Shown: in pieces, positions 63,492-64,000 of the stretch
Position numbering within the stretch: the stretch's first letter is position 1
How the letters are laid out: every line of letters starts with the position of its first letter
NCBI GenBank assembly: GCA_045544855.1
Contig: JAZPZV010000020.1
Span: 21,484 to 85,483 of the forward strand
Direction: 5' to 3'
DNA: 64,000 bases
Origin: Eubacteriales bacterium
Lineage (GTDB): Bacteria > Bacillota > Clostridia > Oscillospirales > CAG-382
Translations under genes and position numbers: made by a program
The notes under the pieces: model-generated
The model's database searches: none
Told to the model about the DNA's origin: nothing
The model's input: only the letters and a program-made list of their open reading frames with translations

Positions 63492-64000
63492 ATGAAGAAA
63501 ACATTGACTATTTTAATGATTTGCATTTTGCTTATCGGCGTTGGCGTTGCGTTAACCGTACTTGCCGATACGGCGGAAGAGGCAAAGGAAAACTCCGAAG
63601 CGGCAGTTGTTCAAGAACCCGTGGATATTGATACTCCGATTGCACCAACCATGGCTCTTGACTCCCTGTACACCGTAAAGGATGAAATTGTAACCATTTT
63701 GGACGAAGAAAAAGTTGATGCTCTGCTTTCTTCGTCTAAAGAAACGGGCGAGCACGCGCTGACAGAAGAAAGCTTCGAGGCTTTAATGGCAAACACGTTT
63801 CGTTTGATGAAAGAATACACCAAATTTGAAACTACGGACAAAACGATGCTCGATTCTACCGTAACGAAAGAAGAATTCGTCTTCAATGACTTGATTAGAA
63901 TGCAATTAGAAGCGCTCGCCTCCGACGCATACGTTTTCTCAACGCATGAAGCGTTTCCACTTTCGGTGTATATAAACTCACACATCCCCGGCACTATCTA
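63492..64000 (+). CDS. Membrane-anchored/secreted protein, 5' part only (runs off window)
   Basis: AGGAGGG RBS. ATG at 63492. MKKTLTILMICILLIGVGVALTVLA. My translation shows the frame open to nt 64000. Absent from the ORF track because it has no stop. Confidence 0.6.
   Translation, partial: MKKTLTILMICILLIGVGVALTVLADTAEEAKENSEAAVVQEPVDIDTPIAPTMALDSLYTVKDEIVTILDEEKVDALLSSSKETGEHALTEESFEALMANTFRLMKEYTKFETTDKTMLDSTVTKEEFVFNDLIRMQLEALASDAYVFSTHEAFPLSVYINSHIPGTI

Noticed and set aside
1-64000. tRNA, rRNA, tmRNA, RNase P and SRP genes
   Set aside because: I saw no T-arm-like GGTTCGAATCC motifs or rRNA-like stretches while reading. This is a visual check only; tRNAscan-SE and cmscan should confirm it.

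Overview
This is a high-GC Firmicutes/Clostridia-type chromosomal segment from a spore former (CotF- and CotH-like genes). It holds about 60 credible protein genes. I recognised no rRNA, tRNA or CRISPR array by eye.

Housekeeping blocks: galE; dac-rluB-xseB-ispA-[ORF-free gap]-oapA-like-dxs-tlyA-nadK-argR-recN-vanZ; rplM-rpsI; ychF; tyrS; degV-cca-NIF3.

Main calls:
1. The 617-nt ORF-free gap after ispA has the synteny and size published for OLE RNA and its membrane partner OapA. This rests on context, not on a covariance-model score.
2. Between that RNA and oapA lie three tandem 185-bp units. Each is a string of six hairpins. Stems differ between units by fully compensated changes while the loops stay constant. 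Related hairpin modules recur combinatorially in at least five other intergenic regions.
3. A T-box-like leader (stem I AGAGA/GGTGCGA, UGGU bulge, antiterminator/terminator switch) precedes an unusual HTH-cupin-acyl-CoA-ligase fusion. tyrS in the same window has no T-box.
4. A roughly 3.4-kb low-GC island starts at the rpsI terminator with a 35-codon tyrosine-recombinase remnant. It carries cassette-like genes behind a repeated promoter module, plus two MITE-like elements.
5. Two tandem 874-codon BspA-type LRR surface proteins share a near-identical 103-nt 5' end.
6. At least five exported proteins share an acidic-linker/TM/KK C-terminal tail.

Functional names come from motifs I could read in the translations. 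No database search or folding computation was possible.
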